Assembly (NCBI GenBank): GCA_964609775.1
Contig: CAZSSJ010000002.1
Span: forward strand, 19,260 to 83,259
Direction: 5' to 3'
Source of the DNA: an uncultured Gammaproteobacteria bacterium
GTDB lineage: Bacteria > Patescibacteriota > Microgenomatia > JAMCZE01
DNA: 64,000 bases
The translations under genes and the position numbers were made by a program. Below are positions 37,540 through 47,593 of the stretch, piece after piece. The notes under the pieces were generated by a model, which saw only the letters and a list, made by a program, of their open reading frames with translations, was not told where the DNA came from and did not search any database. Each line of letters starts with the position of its first letter. Positions within the stretch are counted from its first letter, which is position 1.

Positions 37540-39206
37540 AAGCCAACACCTTAGCGATCGTTATCATTATTTTCTTAGGGCTTTTTGCCATTCAGGCGCT
37601 CTTCACCCCCGGCTTCTACACGAGCCACGACGGCGCCACCCACGCTGCCCGGATTGCCAACTACTTCCTTGCCCTTGCAGACCACCAGTTTCCCCCCAGG
37701 TGGGCTCCGCTTCTTAATGGCGGGATGGGCTCGCCGATTTTTGTTTACATCTATCCCTTGCCCTATTTTCTCGGCGCGTTAGTTCACGCCATTGGGCTAT
37801 CTTTTACCGACAGTTTTAAAGCCATCCTTGGTCTGGCCTACATTGCTTCCGGAATAACTTTTTATATTTGGATGCGCAAACACTTTGCGGTCTGGTCTTC
37901 TCTTGCAGCGGCAGCAGTTTATCTGTTTGCTCCCTATCGCTTTTCCCTGTTGTTTGTTCGGGCTGCTTTTGCCGAAAGTATTGCCTACACTTTTGTTCCC
38001 CTGGTTTTTTTATCTATCGACCAAATGTTTTCCTCTAAAAATACGCGAAGATCAATTGCCTTCGGAGCAATGTCCACCAACCTTTTGCTACTGTCTCATA
38101 ATCTGGTAGCCTTCATCTTCTTGCCATTAGCCTTTTTGTATTCATTAGTCCTTTTCTGTCAAAGCAAAAAACTGTCAGCACTAATCAACTATTTTCTTTG
38201 CACCATCTTTGGATTTTTAATCTCTGCCTTTATCTACGTCCCGGACTTTCTAGAAAAAAAATACATCCGCTTTGACGAATTGATTAGTTATTATCAGAAT
38301 CACTTCGTCTATTTTTGGCAGTTCCTCCGCTCACCCTGGGACTATGGCTTTTCTTTCCTTGGTCCAGCTGACGCCATGAGTTTTCAAATCGGACTCGGCC
38401 AGCTTCTTGTACTGATTTTCTCACTGGTAATCTTGATCAGAATAATTATCTTCAAGAAGAAAGATAAACACTTCGCCAAGCTGATTTTCTTTTTAACCCT
38501 TTTTGCCGCTGCGGTGCTCTTAATGCTCGAAAGTCCCTTGAGTCGAATCCTCTGGAAAAACATTCCGGGACTCTCAACGATTGACTACCCCTGGCGGCTT
38601 TTGGGCATCACCACCTTTTCTCTGGCTGCTGTTTCAGGCGTTGTCGTCGACCAAAGTGGAAAAAGACTGAAAACGCTCCTGGCGACTGTCATTATTCTCG
38701 GAGTGCTCATTGCCAATCGCCACCATTTGCGCATTAATCAGCAAGTTTTCCTTCCTGATTCCCAATTTCTTTCCTACAGTGGTTCCGCGACCCATCTTGG
38801 CGAGTTTACCCCTGTCACTCGCGCCAGCTCAAAATTCATTCCTTTCCCCGACACCATCCAGGTCGTTTCCGGAAAAGCCACCATCGTCAAGCAAACAGAA
38901 AAGTCTGCAGGTAAAAAGTACCTCATCAATGCCTCGGAAAAGACCAAAATTCGCCTCAACACCCTCTATTTTCCCGGATGGCAAATTGCTCTTGATGGTA
39001 AAGTTCTGCGTTTGGAGACCGATTTCCAAATCACCGGGGACACCAATTTGAAAACTGACGTTGACCAGAGCGGACTTATATACGTCGACGTCTCTAAAGG
39101 TAAGCACGTGTTGACGGCTAAGTTCGCGGAAACTCCGGTGCGCCAGATAGCCGATTTCATGTCTCTCGGGTCGTTTGTTGTAGTATTAATCTTGCTTGTT
39201 ATCTAA
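37536..39206 (+). CDS. COG5617/PTPS-related-type membrane protein, paralogue 3
   Basis: FYTSHDGATHAARIANYFLALADHQFPPRWAPLLNGGMGSPIFVYIYPLPYFLGALVHAIG; C-terminus NTLYFPGWQIALDGKVLRL. Confidence 0.5.
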   Translation: MKANTLAIVIIIFLGLFAIQALFTPGFYTSHDGATHAARIANYFLALADHQFPPRWAPLLNGGMGSPIFVYIYPLPYFLGALVHAIGLSFTDSFKAILGLAYIASGITFYIWMRKHFAVWSSLAAAAVYLFAPYRFSLLFVRAAFAESIAYTFVPLVFLSIDQMFSSKNTRRSIAFGAMSTNLLLLSHNLVAFIFLPLAFLYSLVLFCQSKKLSALINYFLCTIFGFLISAFIYVPDFLEKKYIRFDELISYYQNHFVYFWQFLRSPWDYGFSFLGPADAMSFQIGLGQLLVLIFSLVILIRIIIFKKKDKHFAKLIFFLTLFAAAVLLMLESPLSRILWKNIPGLSTIDYPWRLLGITTFSLAAVSGVVVDQSGKRLKTLLATVIILGVLIANRHHLRINQQVFLPDSQFLSYSGSATHLGEFTPVTRASSKFIPFPDTIQVVSGKATIVKQTEKSAGKKYLINASEKTKIRLNTLYFPGWQIALDGKVLRLETDFQITGDTNLKTDVDQSGLIYVDVSKGKHVLTAKFAETPVRQIADFMSLGSFVVVLILLVI

Positions 39207-39212
39207 CAACCA

Positions 39213-39971
39213 ATGAAACTTTCCGTTGTCCTGGCCACTTTCAACGAGGAACAAAATATTGATCGCTGCCTCAAAGCCGTTTTCAAATGGGCTGACGAAA
39301 TTGTCGTTGTTGACGGTCGTTCCACTGACAAAACCATCGCTATTGCCCGAAAGTTCAAAGCCAGGATCATCGTCACAGATAATCCTCCGATGTTCCACAT
39401 CAATAAACAAAAAGCCATCGACGCGGCGAAAGGTGATTGGGTTTTGCAACTGGACGCTGATGAAGTTGTCACTCCCGAGCTTAAGAAAGAAATTGATTTC
39501 ACAATGAATAGTGATCCCGATGAAAATGGTTTTTGGATTCCCAGAAAAAATTACTTCCTTGGTAAGTTTCTGACTAAAGGGGGGGCCTATCCCGACTACA
39601 CTCTGCGCCTCTATCGCCGGACTAAAGGCCGCCTTCCTTGTAGGAGCGTTCATGAGCAAGCAGTCGTTGAAGGTAAGATCGGCTATCTAAAAAATCCCAT
39701 TTTGCACTATGCCGACCCCACTTTTGGCCGCTACATTGAAAGATTCAACCGCTACACTGATCTAGCCGCTCACAATGTTACCGGAGGCCTGCTGACAAAT
39801 CTTTTGTGGAAACCGCTTTTTGACCCTCTGCAAGGTTTTTTGCTCATCTACTTTCGTCACTTGGGCTTTCTCGACGGCTTTCCAGGATTTATCTGGGCCC
39901 TCTTTTCCGCCCTCAATTTTCCGATTGCATACTTTAAATCAATTGACATCAAAGAGGGGAGAGTGACCTAA
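39213..39971 (+). CDS. glycosyltransferase family 2 (paralogue of 14874 and 18381)
   Basis: MKLSVVLATFNEEQNIDRCLKAVFKWADEIVVVDGRSTDKTIAIARKF…GDWVLQLDADEVVTPELKKEI. Confidence 0.65.
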   Translation: MKLSVVLATFNEEQNIDRCLKAVFKWADEIVVVDGRSTDKTIAIARKFKARIIVTDNPPMFHINKQKAIDAAKGDWVLQLDADEVVTPELKKEIDFTMNSDPDENGFWIPRKNYFLGKFLTKGGAYPDYTLRLYRRTKGRLPCRSVHEQAVVEGKIGYLKNPILHYADPTFGRYIERFNRYTDLAAHNVTGGLLTNLLWKPLFDPLQGFLLIYFRHLGFLDGFPGFIWALFSALNFPIAYFKSIDIKEGRVT

Positions 39972-39972
39972 C

Positions 39973-41022
39973 TTGCGCCTTGGTTTTGTCCGGCCACCGA
40001 ATGCGGGGAATTTGATAAGAGGTGTCGGTACTTACGCTGATCACTTATATATTGCCTTGCAGAATGCTGGGGTGGGGGTGCATTGGCTTTCCCCGACATA
40101 CCCGGTGCTAAACGCCAGTAATTTCGACCTGATCCATTATCCCTATTTTGACCTCTTCTTTCTGACACAACCAATAACACTAGGTAAGTCAGTTATCACT
40201 GTTCATGATTTGACACCCTTAGTTCTTCCGAAATATTTCCCTGCAGGACCAAGAGGCCATCTTAAGTGGCAAGTCCAGAAAAATATCCTCCGAACTTCTT
40301 CGGCCGTCATCACCGTTTCCCAGGCTTCTAAAAAAGACATTGTCAACATAACTGGTTTGAAACCAGAAAAAATAATAGTTACTTACGAAGCAGCAGGCGA
40401 AAGTTTCCGGAAGCTAACCAGCTTGGCCCAGCTAAAGACCGTTAAAAATAAATTGGCCTTACCTGAAAAGTTTCTGCTTTATGTTGGTGACGTCAACGCC
40501 AATAAAAATATTCCCATGTTGCTTGAGGCCTTTGCGCAGTTTAAAAAAACTTCTCTCGGGGGAACCTTTTCCCTCGTGCTTGCCGGTGGAGCTTTCTTTA
40601 AAAAAGATCTTTTAGAGACAGAAAATATCCGGAGGTTGATCGAAGAGCTCAAGATTAAAAACGCCGTCATCCTTCCCGGTTTCGTGGAAACAAGCGACCT
40701 CGTCGGCCTCTATAATCTCGCCTCCGCCTACATTCAACCATCGCTCTATGAAGGTTTTGGTCTGCCGGTCTTGGAAGCCATGGCTTGCGGCACTCCGGTG
40801 ATCTGCGGACGAAACAGCAGCCTTCCTGAAGTGGCCGGGGACGCTGCTATCTATACAGACGTGACTAACGTAGCTGAATTTGCCCACACTATTACCTCGG
40901 TGGTCAGCTCTCCCAGGGATAAGTACACGCCAAAATGTCTTGCTCAGGCGGCCAAATTCAGCTGGGATAAAACCGCCAAGGAAACAATCGCTGTCTATGA
41001 GAAAGTTCTTAAAAACAAATAG
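39973..41022 (+). CDS. GT4 glycosyltransferase (TTG start inferred)
   Basis: …LYVGDVNANKNIPMLLEAF…PSLYEGFGLPVLEAMACGTPVICGRNSSLPEVAGDAAIY. Confidence 0.7.
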   Translation: MRLGFVRPPNAGNLIRGVGTYADHLYIALQNAGVGVHWLSPTYPVLNASNFDLIHYPYFDLFFLTQPITLGKSVITVHDLTPLVLPKYFPAGPRGHLKWQVQKNILRTSSAVITVSQASKKDIVNITGLKPEKIIVTYEAAGESFRKLTSLAQLKTVKNKLALPEKFLLYVGDVNANKNIPMLLEAFAQFKKTSLGGTFSLVLAGGAFFKKDLLETENIRRLIEELKIKNAVILPGFVETSDLVGLYNLASAYIQPSLYEGFGLPVLEAMACGTPVICGRNSSLPEVAGDAAIYTDVTNVAEFAHTITSVVSSPRDKYTPKCLAQAAKFSWDKTAKETIAVYEKVLKNK

Positions 41023-42100
41023 CTTTGTCATCACCGTCTTTGTCATTTGGCGCCTGGCGATGTTTCTCCTTGGCCTGCCGGGGTTTTCCATCCTGACCTT
41101 CAAAGCCAGCTTCCCCAAAATTGACGAGATGCTCATCGCCTCTGGCTTTCCTCAGTGGCTGTGGCAGTGGGGAAACTTCGACGGCGTGCACTATCTGGAC
41201 ATTGCCCAAAACGGCTATCACGGCTCTGGGCTCCAGGTCTTTTTCCCCGTCTTTCCGCTCCTGATAAAACTGGGCAGTTTCCTTACCGGCAACTACTTTC
41301 TCTCCGGTCTGGTGATCTCCAATTTGGCCATTTTGCTTGCGGGCATAACTTTATTTCAGCTTGTCAGCCGTGACTTCGACAACAAAACAGCCCGTTGGGC
41401 GGTCATCTTTTTGTTCGCCTTTCCCACTTCATTTTTCTTCGGCAGCGTCTATACCGAGTCGCTCTTTCTTCTTTTTCTCTTGCTCACTTTTCTCAAAACC
41501 GGCTGGCTTTCCGGGCTTTTCTCTTTTCTTGCCGGTGGAACCAGGTTAGTCGGAGCTTTTCTTACTCCGGTGCTGGTCGCTTTTCGACCAAGAAACTGGT
41601 GGGGGATTCTTGCTGGAGGCGGCATCGGACTTTATATCTCCTACTTAACACTAACTTTCGGCAATCCGTTCTATTTTCTAACCGGCCAAGGAGCCTTCAA
41701 AAACGCCAGGGCCAATTCTCTTGAGTCCTTAGTCCTTCCTCCGCAAGTGCTTTACCGTTACATCAAAATCTTAACCACCGCGAGTCCTGCCCACTATGAC
41801 TATTGGATTGCCGCACTCGAGTTGGCTGCTTTCATCTTTGGCCTCATCATAGTGCTTTACTTAACACTCAGGAAAAAAATGCCCGCTCCCTACCTCATTT
41901 TTTCCTTCCTGGCGCTTCTCCTCCCTAGCTTTTCCGGCACTCTGTCATCCATGCCCCGCTATCTATTGTCAATTTTCCCGATCTTTATCGGTTTAGCTAT
42001 AATCAAAAATAACTCTGTTAAAGTTGGCATCGTGACGCTTTTTACACTATTATTAGCCGCATTGACAATCCTTTTTACCCGAGGCTACTGGGTCAGTTGA
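40994..42100 (+). CDS. PIG-V / GPI-mannosyltransferase-2-like (GT76-like) membrane glycosyltransferase
   Basis: WQWGNFDGVHYLDIAQNGYHGSGLQVFFPVFPLLIKL: a W-D-x-x-Y-x-x-IA-x-x-GY…FFP block typical of Mannosyl_trans2; 8-10 TM helices. Confidence 0.4.
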   Translation, partial: SMRKFLKTNSFVITVFVIWRLAMFLLGLPGFSILTFKASFPKIDEMLIASGFPQWLWQWGNFDGVHYLDIAQNGYHGSGLQVFFPVFPLLIKLGSFLTGNYFLSGLVISNLAILLAGITLFQLVSRDFDNKTARWAVIFLFAFPTSFFFGSVYTESLFLLFLLLTFLKTGWLSGLFSFLAGGTRLVGAFLTPVLVAFRPRNWWGILAGGGIGLYISYLTLTFGNPFYFLTGQGAFKNARANSLESLVLPPQVLYRYIKILTTASPAHYDYWIAALELAAFIFGLIIVLYLTLRKKMPAPYLIFSFLALLLPSFSGTLSSMPRYLLSIFPIFIGLAIIKNNSVKVGIVTLFTLLLAALTILFTRGYWVS

Positions 42101-42103
42101 CAC

Positions 42104-42784
42104 GTGCCAAAAATCCTAGTTGTCATCCCTGCTTTTAATGAACAAGCTACCTTGCTCTCCGTCCTATCCGACGTGTTAAAGAACATCCCGGCTGATGTAC
42201 TTGTCGTCAACGACGGGTCTTCTGATTCGACTAAAGATATAGCGCTTAAAAACAATGTCTTTGTGGTCTCCCACGTCGCCAACCGCGGTCTTGGCGCGGC
42301 CTTGGGAACCGGTTTTGAGTTTGCCAGGAAAAGAGATTATGACATTTTGGTCACTTTCGACGCGGATGGTCAACACACTTCGAAAGACGCCTTAAAACTC
42401 ATCCGGACAATCGACAAGGGGAGAGCAGATGTGGCTATCGGCAGCCGGCTTTTGACCAAAACTGCGATGCCTTTGGATCGAAAAGTGCTCAACTATCTGA
42501 GCGACCTGTTAACCTATATTTTCTATGGTGTCTGGACAACAGACTCCCAGTCCGGTCTGCGGGCTTTTAATAAGGAGGCAATTTCAGAAATTAAAATTAT
42601 GACTGACCGCATGGAGGTCAGCAGTGAATTTTTTAGAGAGATAAAACGCAATCATTTAACTTTTAAAGAAGTCGCCATTCAGGCAATCTACACTGATTAT
42701 AGTTTGTCAAAAGGCCAGGACAAAAAGGGTAATTGGAATGCTTTGTCGATTGGAGTTAAAATGCTCTTAAGGCTTTTTTCCTAA
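42104..42784 (+). CDS. GT2, polyprenyl-phosphate sugar synthase-like (soluble; GTG start)
   Basis: KILVVIPAFNEQATLLSVL…VLVVNDGSSDSTKDIA…VTFDADGQHTSKDALKLI. Confidence 0.7.
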   Translation: MPKILVVIPAFNEQATLLSVLSDVLKNIPADVLVVNDGSSDSTKDIALKNNVFVVSHVANRGLGAALGTGFEFARKRDYDILVTFDADGQHTSKDALKLIRTIDKGRADVAIGSRLLTKTAMPLDRKVLNYLSDLLTYIFYGVWTTDSQSGLRAFNKEAISEIKIMTDRMEVSSEFFREIKRNHLTFKEVAIQAIYTDYSLSKGQDKKGNWNALSIGVKMLLRLFS

Positions 42785-43129
42785 GTGACACTAATTCAAT
42801 TGCTACTATCGATCTTTCTGCTCTTTGCTCTCAGCCGGGTGATATTGCGCTTCCGTGGCGGCCAACTCTCACCCTTAGAATTCGCCTTTTGGTCGATCCT
42901 CTTCGTGGCAGCAATTTTTGGAATTTTTCTCCCCGAGCAAACGTCGCAACTGGCTAAAATATTAGGAATTGGTCGAGGAGCAGACCTGGTCGTTTATGTC
43001 TCAATTGTAATCATTTTCTACCTTGTTTTTAGACTCTATATTATGATCGAGAATCTCCGTCACGAAATAACCGAGATTGTCAGAAAAATAGCTCTGGAAA
43101 ATGTCATCAAATCGAAAACAAAAAAGTAA
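42785..43129 (+). CDS. DUF2304-like small membrane protein (GTG start), a GT2 partner
   Basis: 114 aa; two or three TM helices followed by an amphipathic C-terminus (…IMIENLRHEITEIVRKIALENV); sits directly after a GT2, the typical DUF2304 context. Confidence 0.4.
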   Translation: MTLIQLLLSIFLLFALSRVILRFRGGQLSPLEFAFWSILFVAAIFGIFLPEQTSQLAKILGIGRGADLVVYVSIVIIFYLVFRLYIMIENLRHEITEIVRKIALENVIKSKTKK

Positions 43130-44235
43130 TGAAAATTTTGTGGATCACTGAGTTTTTCCCCGCAACTTCGGCCGGAGAAATAACGGGGGGAGTTGAAGCG
43201 CGCTGTTTTTATGTCAGCCGATACCTTAAAAAGAGGGGAGTAGAACTAGAAGTCATTACCCGTCCCACCGGAGGAGAAACATGGTATCATGCTTCCCTCT
43301 CTTCAATCCCCAATAGGATCCTTTTTACCCTCAAAGCGATCATTAAAGGACTTGGAACTGACTTTGATCTGGTCGAGGGCTCGAACTCCGCCACCTATCC
43401 AGTTGCTGCCCTTTTGGGACTCCTTAAAAGAAAGCCAATCGTTTTTTGGTACCCCGACGTCTTCCAAGGAAGTTGGGTCGCCAAAGTGGGTTTAGTGGGC
43501 ATTCTTGGTAATATCTCAGACTGGATACTTTTCAAGATGCCAAACGTTCACTACATTGCCATCAGCCAGACAACGAAGCGTAAGCTCATGTCTAAGGGCG
43601 TAAGCGAGCTTAAAATTACCGTTATCTATTGTGGCATTGAACCAAAGGAGATATCCGCAATTAAAACTAATGGTCAGAAGACCACCCTCTCAGCCGTCAG
43701 CCGCTTAGTTGCCTATAAACACCTCGACGAGTTGATTAAAGCCGGGCAAATTCTCGTCCAAAAGCATCCCGACCTCAGCGTTAGCATTATTGGCCAAGGG
43801 CCGGAGGAACAAAAGTTAAAAAACCTGGCCAAAAGAATCGGGGTGGCAAAAAATATCAATTTTTTGGGATTTGTTAAAGACCACAAAGACGTTCTCGGAG
43901 TGGTCAATAAGTCCCAAGTTTTTGTGCACCCCTCGACTGTAGAAGGCTTTGGCATTGCTTTAATGGAGGCGGCAGCGCTGGGCGTTCCCTATGTTGCCGC
44001 TCGTCTTCCTATAGTCACGGAAGTGACTCGGACTGGCCAAGGAGGACTGCTGTTTGCAGCCGGAAATCACCACGATTTAGCTTCGAAAATTGACCAGCTC
44101 TTAACCTCTCGAAAGTTATATTTAACCAAGGCCAAACAAGCTGCTGCCCTCGCCGCCCACTACTCTTGGCATGAAGCCGCAAAGCAAACAGAGCGTCTTT
44201 ACAGGAAACGTGTCCAGAACAAAGCGATAGCATGA
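43129..44235 (+). CDS. GT4 glycosyltransferase
   Basis: …VFVHPSTVEGFGIALMEAAALGVPYVAARLPIVTEV…. Confidence 0.7.
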   Translation: MKILWITEFFPATSAGEITGGVEARCFYVSRYLKKRGVELEVITRPTGGETWYHASLSSIPNRILFTLKAIIKGLGTDFDLVEGSNSATYPVAALLGLLKRKPIVFWYPDVFQGSWVAKVGLVGILGNISDWILFKMPNVHYIAISQTTKRKLMSKGVSELKITVIYCGIEPKEISAIKTNGQKTTLSAVSRLVAYKHLDELIKAGQILVQKHPDLSVSIIGQGPEEQKLKNLAKRIGVAKNINFLGFVKDHKDVLGVVNKSQVFVHPSTVEGFGIALMEAAALGVPYVAARLPIVTEVTRTGQGGLLFAAGNHHDLASKIDQLLTSRKLYLTKAKQAAALAAHYSWHEAAKQTERLYRKRVQNKAIA

Positions 44236-45302
44236 AAGTGGATACGGATATGAAAATAGTAATTCTCACTGATGCTTGGACACCAATTTGGGGCGGTGGC
44301 CAAAAACATATTTGGGAGGTTTCTAAACGTTTAACTACTAATTACGATTGTCAAATAGATATTCTAGTCCCCAATCTTGTCAACGACGGTAAAACTCACC
44401 CGGATGAGGAAAAGTATTTTTCTGACAAATTGGTTATTCGCCGGTTGGGCAAGCCATTCGTTTTTCCTGATATCTTTGGCCGGAGTTTGTTTCTCCTCTT
44501 CTGCTTATCTTGGCCACTGACCCACGATTATGACATCATCCACGCCCACGCCTATCAATTTGTCCTCTTCCCGTTGTTAAGACTACTTCGTCCTCGCACT
44601 AAGCTTGTCTACACTCTCCACGGCGCCGGGGTCAACTTGCTCGGTGGCGCAGTCCTAAACACCTTCAAAATTCCCAAGTTAATCTGGGAGTTTTTTGTTC
44701 ATCACTTCCCTTATGATCTGTTGACGACAGTTGCCAAAAGCACCATCATCGCTCCTGTAGCTGCCAAAAAACTGGCCGTTGTCCCTAACGGTGTCGATAC
44801 CACATTGTTCGATAAGTTTAAGGAGCATAAGGATCCCCACAAGTTTAAGATTCTTTGGGTGGGGAGAATTGCCGATCCCGTCAAGGGCGTCAAGTATCTT
44901 GAGGAAGCAGTGGAGGAAATACAGCGCACTGATCCTAGAGTCAAGCTATCTTTAGTCACAAACAAATTTGGGGACGATTTGATAAAAGAATATAAATCAA
45001 GTGACTTGTTCGTTTTGCCATCCCTATCAGAAGGGCTACCATTAACTCTTCTTGAGGCGATGGCCGCCAAATTGCCCGTTGTGGTCACCGATGTTGGTGA
45101 TTGTAAAATGATTGTCAACTCAGCCCATTGCGGTGAAGTCGTCCCGCCAGCAAGCTCTTCTTCACTCGCGGCCGCAATCTTCAGAATGATTGACAGCAAG
45201 GATCGTCAAAAACTCGGTCTAAACGGTTACAATTTTGTCAAGGGGCACTACCTTTGGGACGAAATCGCCTCGAAGATCTACAGGGCATATCAAAATGTTT
45301 AA
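44232..45302 (+). CDS. GT4 glycosyltransferase
   Basis: …LFVLPSLSEGLPLTLLEAMAAKLPVVVTDVGDCKMIV…. Confidence 0.7.
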   Translation: MKVDTDMKIVILTDAWTPIWGGGQKHIWEVSKRLTTNYDCQIDILVPNLVNDGKTHPDEEKYFSDKLVIRRLGKPFVFPDIFGRSLFLLFCLSWPLTHDYDIIHAHAYQFVLFPLLRLLRPRTKLVYTLHGAGVNLLGGAVLNTFKIPKLIWEFFVHHFPYDLLTTVAKSTIIAPVAAKKLAVVPNGVDTTLFDKFKEHKDPHKFKILWVGRIADPVKGVKYLEEAVEEIQRTDPRVKLSLVTNKFGDDLIKEYKSSDLFVLPSLSEGLPLTLLEAMAAKLPVVVTDVGDCKMIVNSAHCGEVVPPASSSSLAAAIFRMIDSKDRQKLGLNGYNFVKGHYLWDEIASKIYRAYQNV

Positions 45303-46365
45303 AATTTTCTCGGCCGGCCTTGCCATTATTTTGATTCTTTTTGGTCTTCCCAACCTGGAATCCAAAAACATTACCAAAGCCAAACTGCTCATTGCCGACG
45401 TTTCTAAGGAGCCAGAACTCGAAACCTACACAACGGATATGAAAGCCTATCTACGAACTTATTACCAACTTAGGGCGGGCAAACCATATTATGAATCTCT
45501 TGGCAAGTCAGTCGTTGGTGATGCCACCAGAGACAATCTTCCCGGTGAAATCTGGGGTTGGAAACTACCGTTTATTTTTTATTTTTGGTCACTTTTACCA
45601 GGACCATCGGGAGTAGGTGTCTATGTCATTTTTATTTTTCTTCTCAGCGCCACCCTTTTTGCAAGTTTTAAGCTTTCCCAAAGAATAATTGGCAAATATG
45701 CACTTTTCTCTCCCTATCTTTTGGTTGGTTATTTTATTTTGCCATTGACAGAAATAACCATATTTCAGGTAGAATGGTGGGCCGTCTGCTTTTTCATCAT
45801 CGCCCTTGCGTTTTTGGTTTATGACAGAAAACTTTTTGCTGGAATGTTCTTTATGACTTCAATTTTCACTCGTGAACTTTTTGTCTTCCACCTAGCGATG
45901 CTCGCCCTTGTGTGTTTCCTTCTTCGAAGACGCCGCTATTTGTTGCCTCTTGTCATTCCACCCATACTCCTTATTCTCTTCTATTCATTCTATCACTTAG
46001 GCCAGGTCTATAGGTTCGAAAATTTCGGCCCGCTGACCACCTGGTGGCGCCAAGGCATCGATCGGGGCTGGCACCTTGTTAGACCAACGTTGAGTTTTTC
46101 CTCGCAGAACTATTTTTTCTTTTTTCTTCATCCTTTCAGGTTCTTTCTGCTCTTTGCTACAATTGGCCTACTAAGTCTTCTTATCAAAAATAAAGACAAG
46201 CTGTTGCCACTTTTGGCCCTTTTCTCCTTCCTGCCTTTTTTCTTGTTTATTTTTTTCTTCGGCATCCAAACAAAATGGCAGGATTACTGGGGAATATATT
46301 ATTTGCCGCTAGCCATTATTTTCGCACCAACCATTTTAACTTTGTTTCCCTATGCCAAAAAATGA
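45295..46365 (+). CDS. hypothetical polytopic membrane protein
   Basis: At least 8 hydrophobic helices; GEIWGWKLPFIFYFWSLLPG…; I recognise no family. Confidence 0.4.
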   Translation: MFKIFSAGLAIILILFGLPNLESKNITKAKLLIADVSKEPELETYTTDMKAYLRTYYQLRAGKPYYESLGKSVVGDATRDNLPGEIWGWKLPFIFYFWSLLPGPSGVGVYVIFIFLLSATLFASFKLSQRIIGKYALFSPYLLVGYFILPLTEITIFQVEWWAVCFFIIALAFLVYDRKLFAGMFFMTSIFTRELFVFHLAMLALVCFLLRRRRYLLPLVIPPILLILFYSFYHLGQVYRFENFGPLTTWWRQGIDRGWHLVRPTLSFSSQNYFFFFLHPFRFFLLFATIGLLSLLIKNKDKLLPLLALFSFLPFFLFIFFFGIQTKWQDYWGIYYLPLAIIFAPTILTLFPYAKK

Positions 46366-47593
46366 CTTTGCCCCACTTTTTTTAATACTTCTTTCATCAA
46401 TAATGCTTCTATATCAAGTGGCTAAGCCGTTTTGGGGCCATCATGATTTTAATAATGCTTTCTACGGCAACATGGCTCGAAATCTTGTCAGATTTTCAAT
46501 TCTTGATACCAAGCTGGCACAGGTGACCAGTTCTGGAAGACCTTCGGTGTCTGATTTTTCCTTCCATACCCATCACCCCCCATTGCTCATCTGGGCCCTG
46601 GGGGTGTCATATCTACTATTCGGGGTCACGGAATTGTCTACTCGTCTAGTTCCGATTGCCTTTTCCGTCGGCACACTTTTTACTTTTTATATGTTGATAA
46701 AAAAAACCGTCAACTCAAAAACCGCCGTCATTGCCTCCTTCTTTTGGATCGTTACCCCGCTCTATATCTATTTTGGCAAGATGGCCGTTCAGGAAATTCC
46801 GGTGCTGTTTTTCGTCTTGCTCGGACTGTATTCATATGCCGCAGGAAAGGTCAAACTCCTCTATTTTTCCACCTTCTTGGCCGCTCTTTCCGGCTGGCCG
46901 GGCTACTATTTAATCCCCACAATTTGGCTCTGGTCACTACTTCGGACTGGCAAAATCGCTAAAAACATAACTGCTTTGCCAATTGTCGCCATCGGTGTTT
47001 TTGCTTTCCATCTTTTCCAAAACCATGTCGTGACCGGCAGCACCATCGGCGGGGGATTCCTCAACTCTTTCGTCCTGCGAAGCTCTGACATTCCCCTTTT
47101 CGAATACGCAAGAAAGGAACTCAGTTGGATCTTGGCCTATTTTACAAAACCGTTCGTCACACTCGCCGCCGGAGGTTTAATCATCAGCCTTATCCATAGA
47201 AAAGCGTTAATTTTGGTTCTTTTTTTCTTCGGAATCCTTCATCTGATTTTTTTTCGCCAGGCAGCTTTTCGCCACGACTATCTGATTTATTATCTTCTCC
47301 CTGCCGTCTCACTGGGGGCAGCGCTCTTTTTAACCCACATGATAAGAAATAAATTCTTCCTTACTTCCACCACTCTTTTGATCATCGCCTTTTCACTGTC
47401 CCTGAGCTTTCGGTTCACCGGTGCCCTTCAGGGAAGCAATTATGGTCGAATCGCCGTGCAGGCCGGCAAAAACATCGCCACCAAAACCTCTCCGAACGAA
47501 AGGGTAACGCTAATAAATAAAGAAATATATAATAATTTCGACTGGCAGGTCAGATTCTACGCTGATCGCAACGTCACCATTATCCCTGAATGA
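46352..47593 (+). CDS. ArnT/GT83-like (GT39-like) membrane glycosyltransferase
   Basis: FWGHHDFNNAFYGNMARNL…SFHTHHPPLLIWALGVSYLLFGVTELSTRLVPIAFSVGTLFTFYMLIKK: an ArnT-type N-terminal region. Confidence 0.5.
   Translation: MPKNDFAPLFLILLSSIMLLYQVAKPFWGHHDFNNAFYGNMARNLVRFSILDTKLAQVTSSGRPSVSDFSFHTHHPPLLIWALGVSYLLFGVTELSTRLVPIAFSVGTLFTFYMLIKKTVNSKTAVIASFFWIVTPLYIYFGKMAVQEIPVLFFVLLGLYSYAAGKVKLLYFSTFLAALSGWPGYYLIPTIWLWSLLRTGKIAKNITALPIVAIGVFAFHLFQNHVVTGSTIGGGFLNSFVLRSSDIPLFEYARKELSWILAYFTKPFVTLAAGGLIISLIHRKALILVLFFFGILHLIFFRQAAFRHDYLIYYLLPAVSLGAALFLTHMIRNKFFLTSTTLLIIAFSLSLSFRFTGALQGSNYGRIAVQAGKNIATKTSPNERVTLINKEIYNNFDWQVRFYADRNVTIIPE

Noticed and set aside
41155-41724. Several + strand ORFs (41155..41373, 41361..41549, 41395..41724) inside the PIG-V-like gene
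   Set aside because: They are alternative frames of the longer membrane-protein ORF and show no independent evidence.
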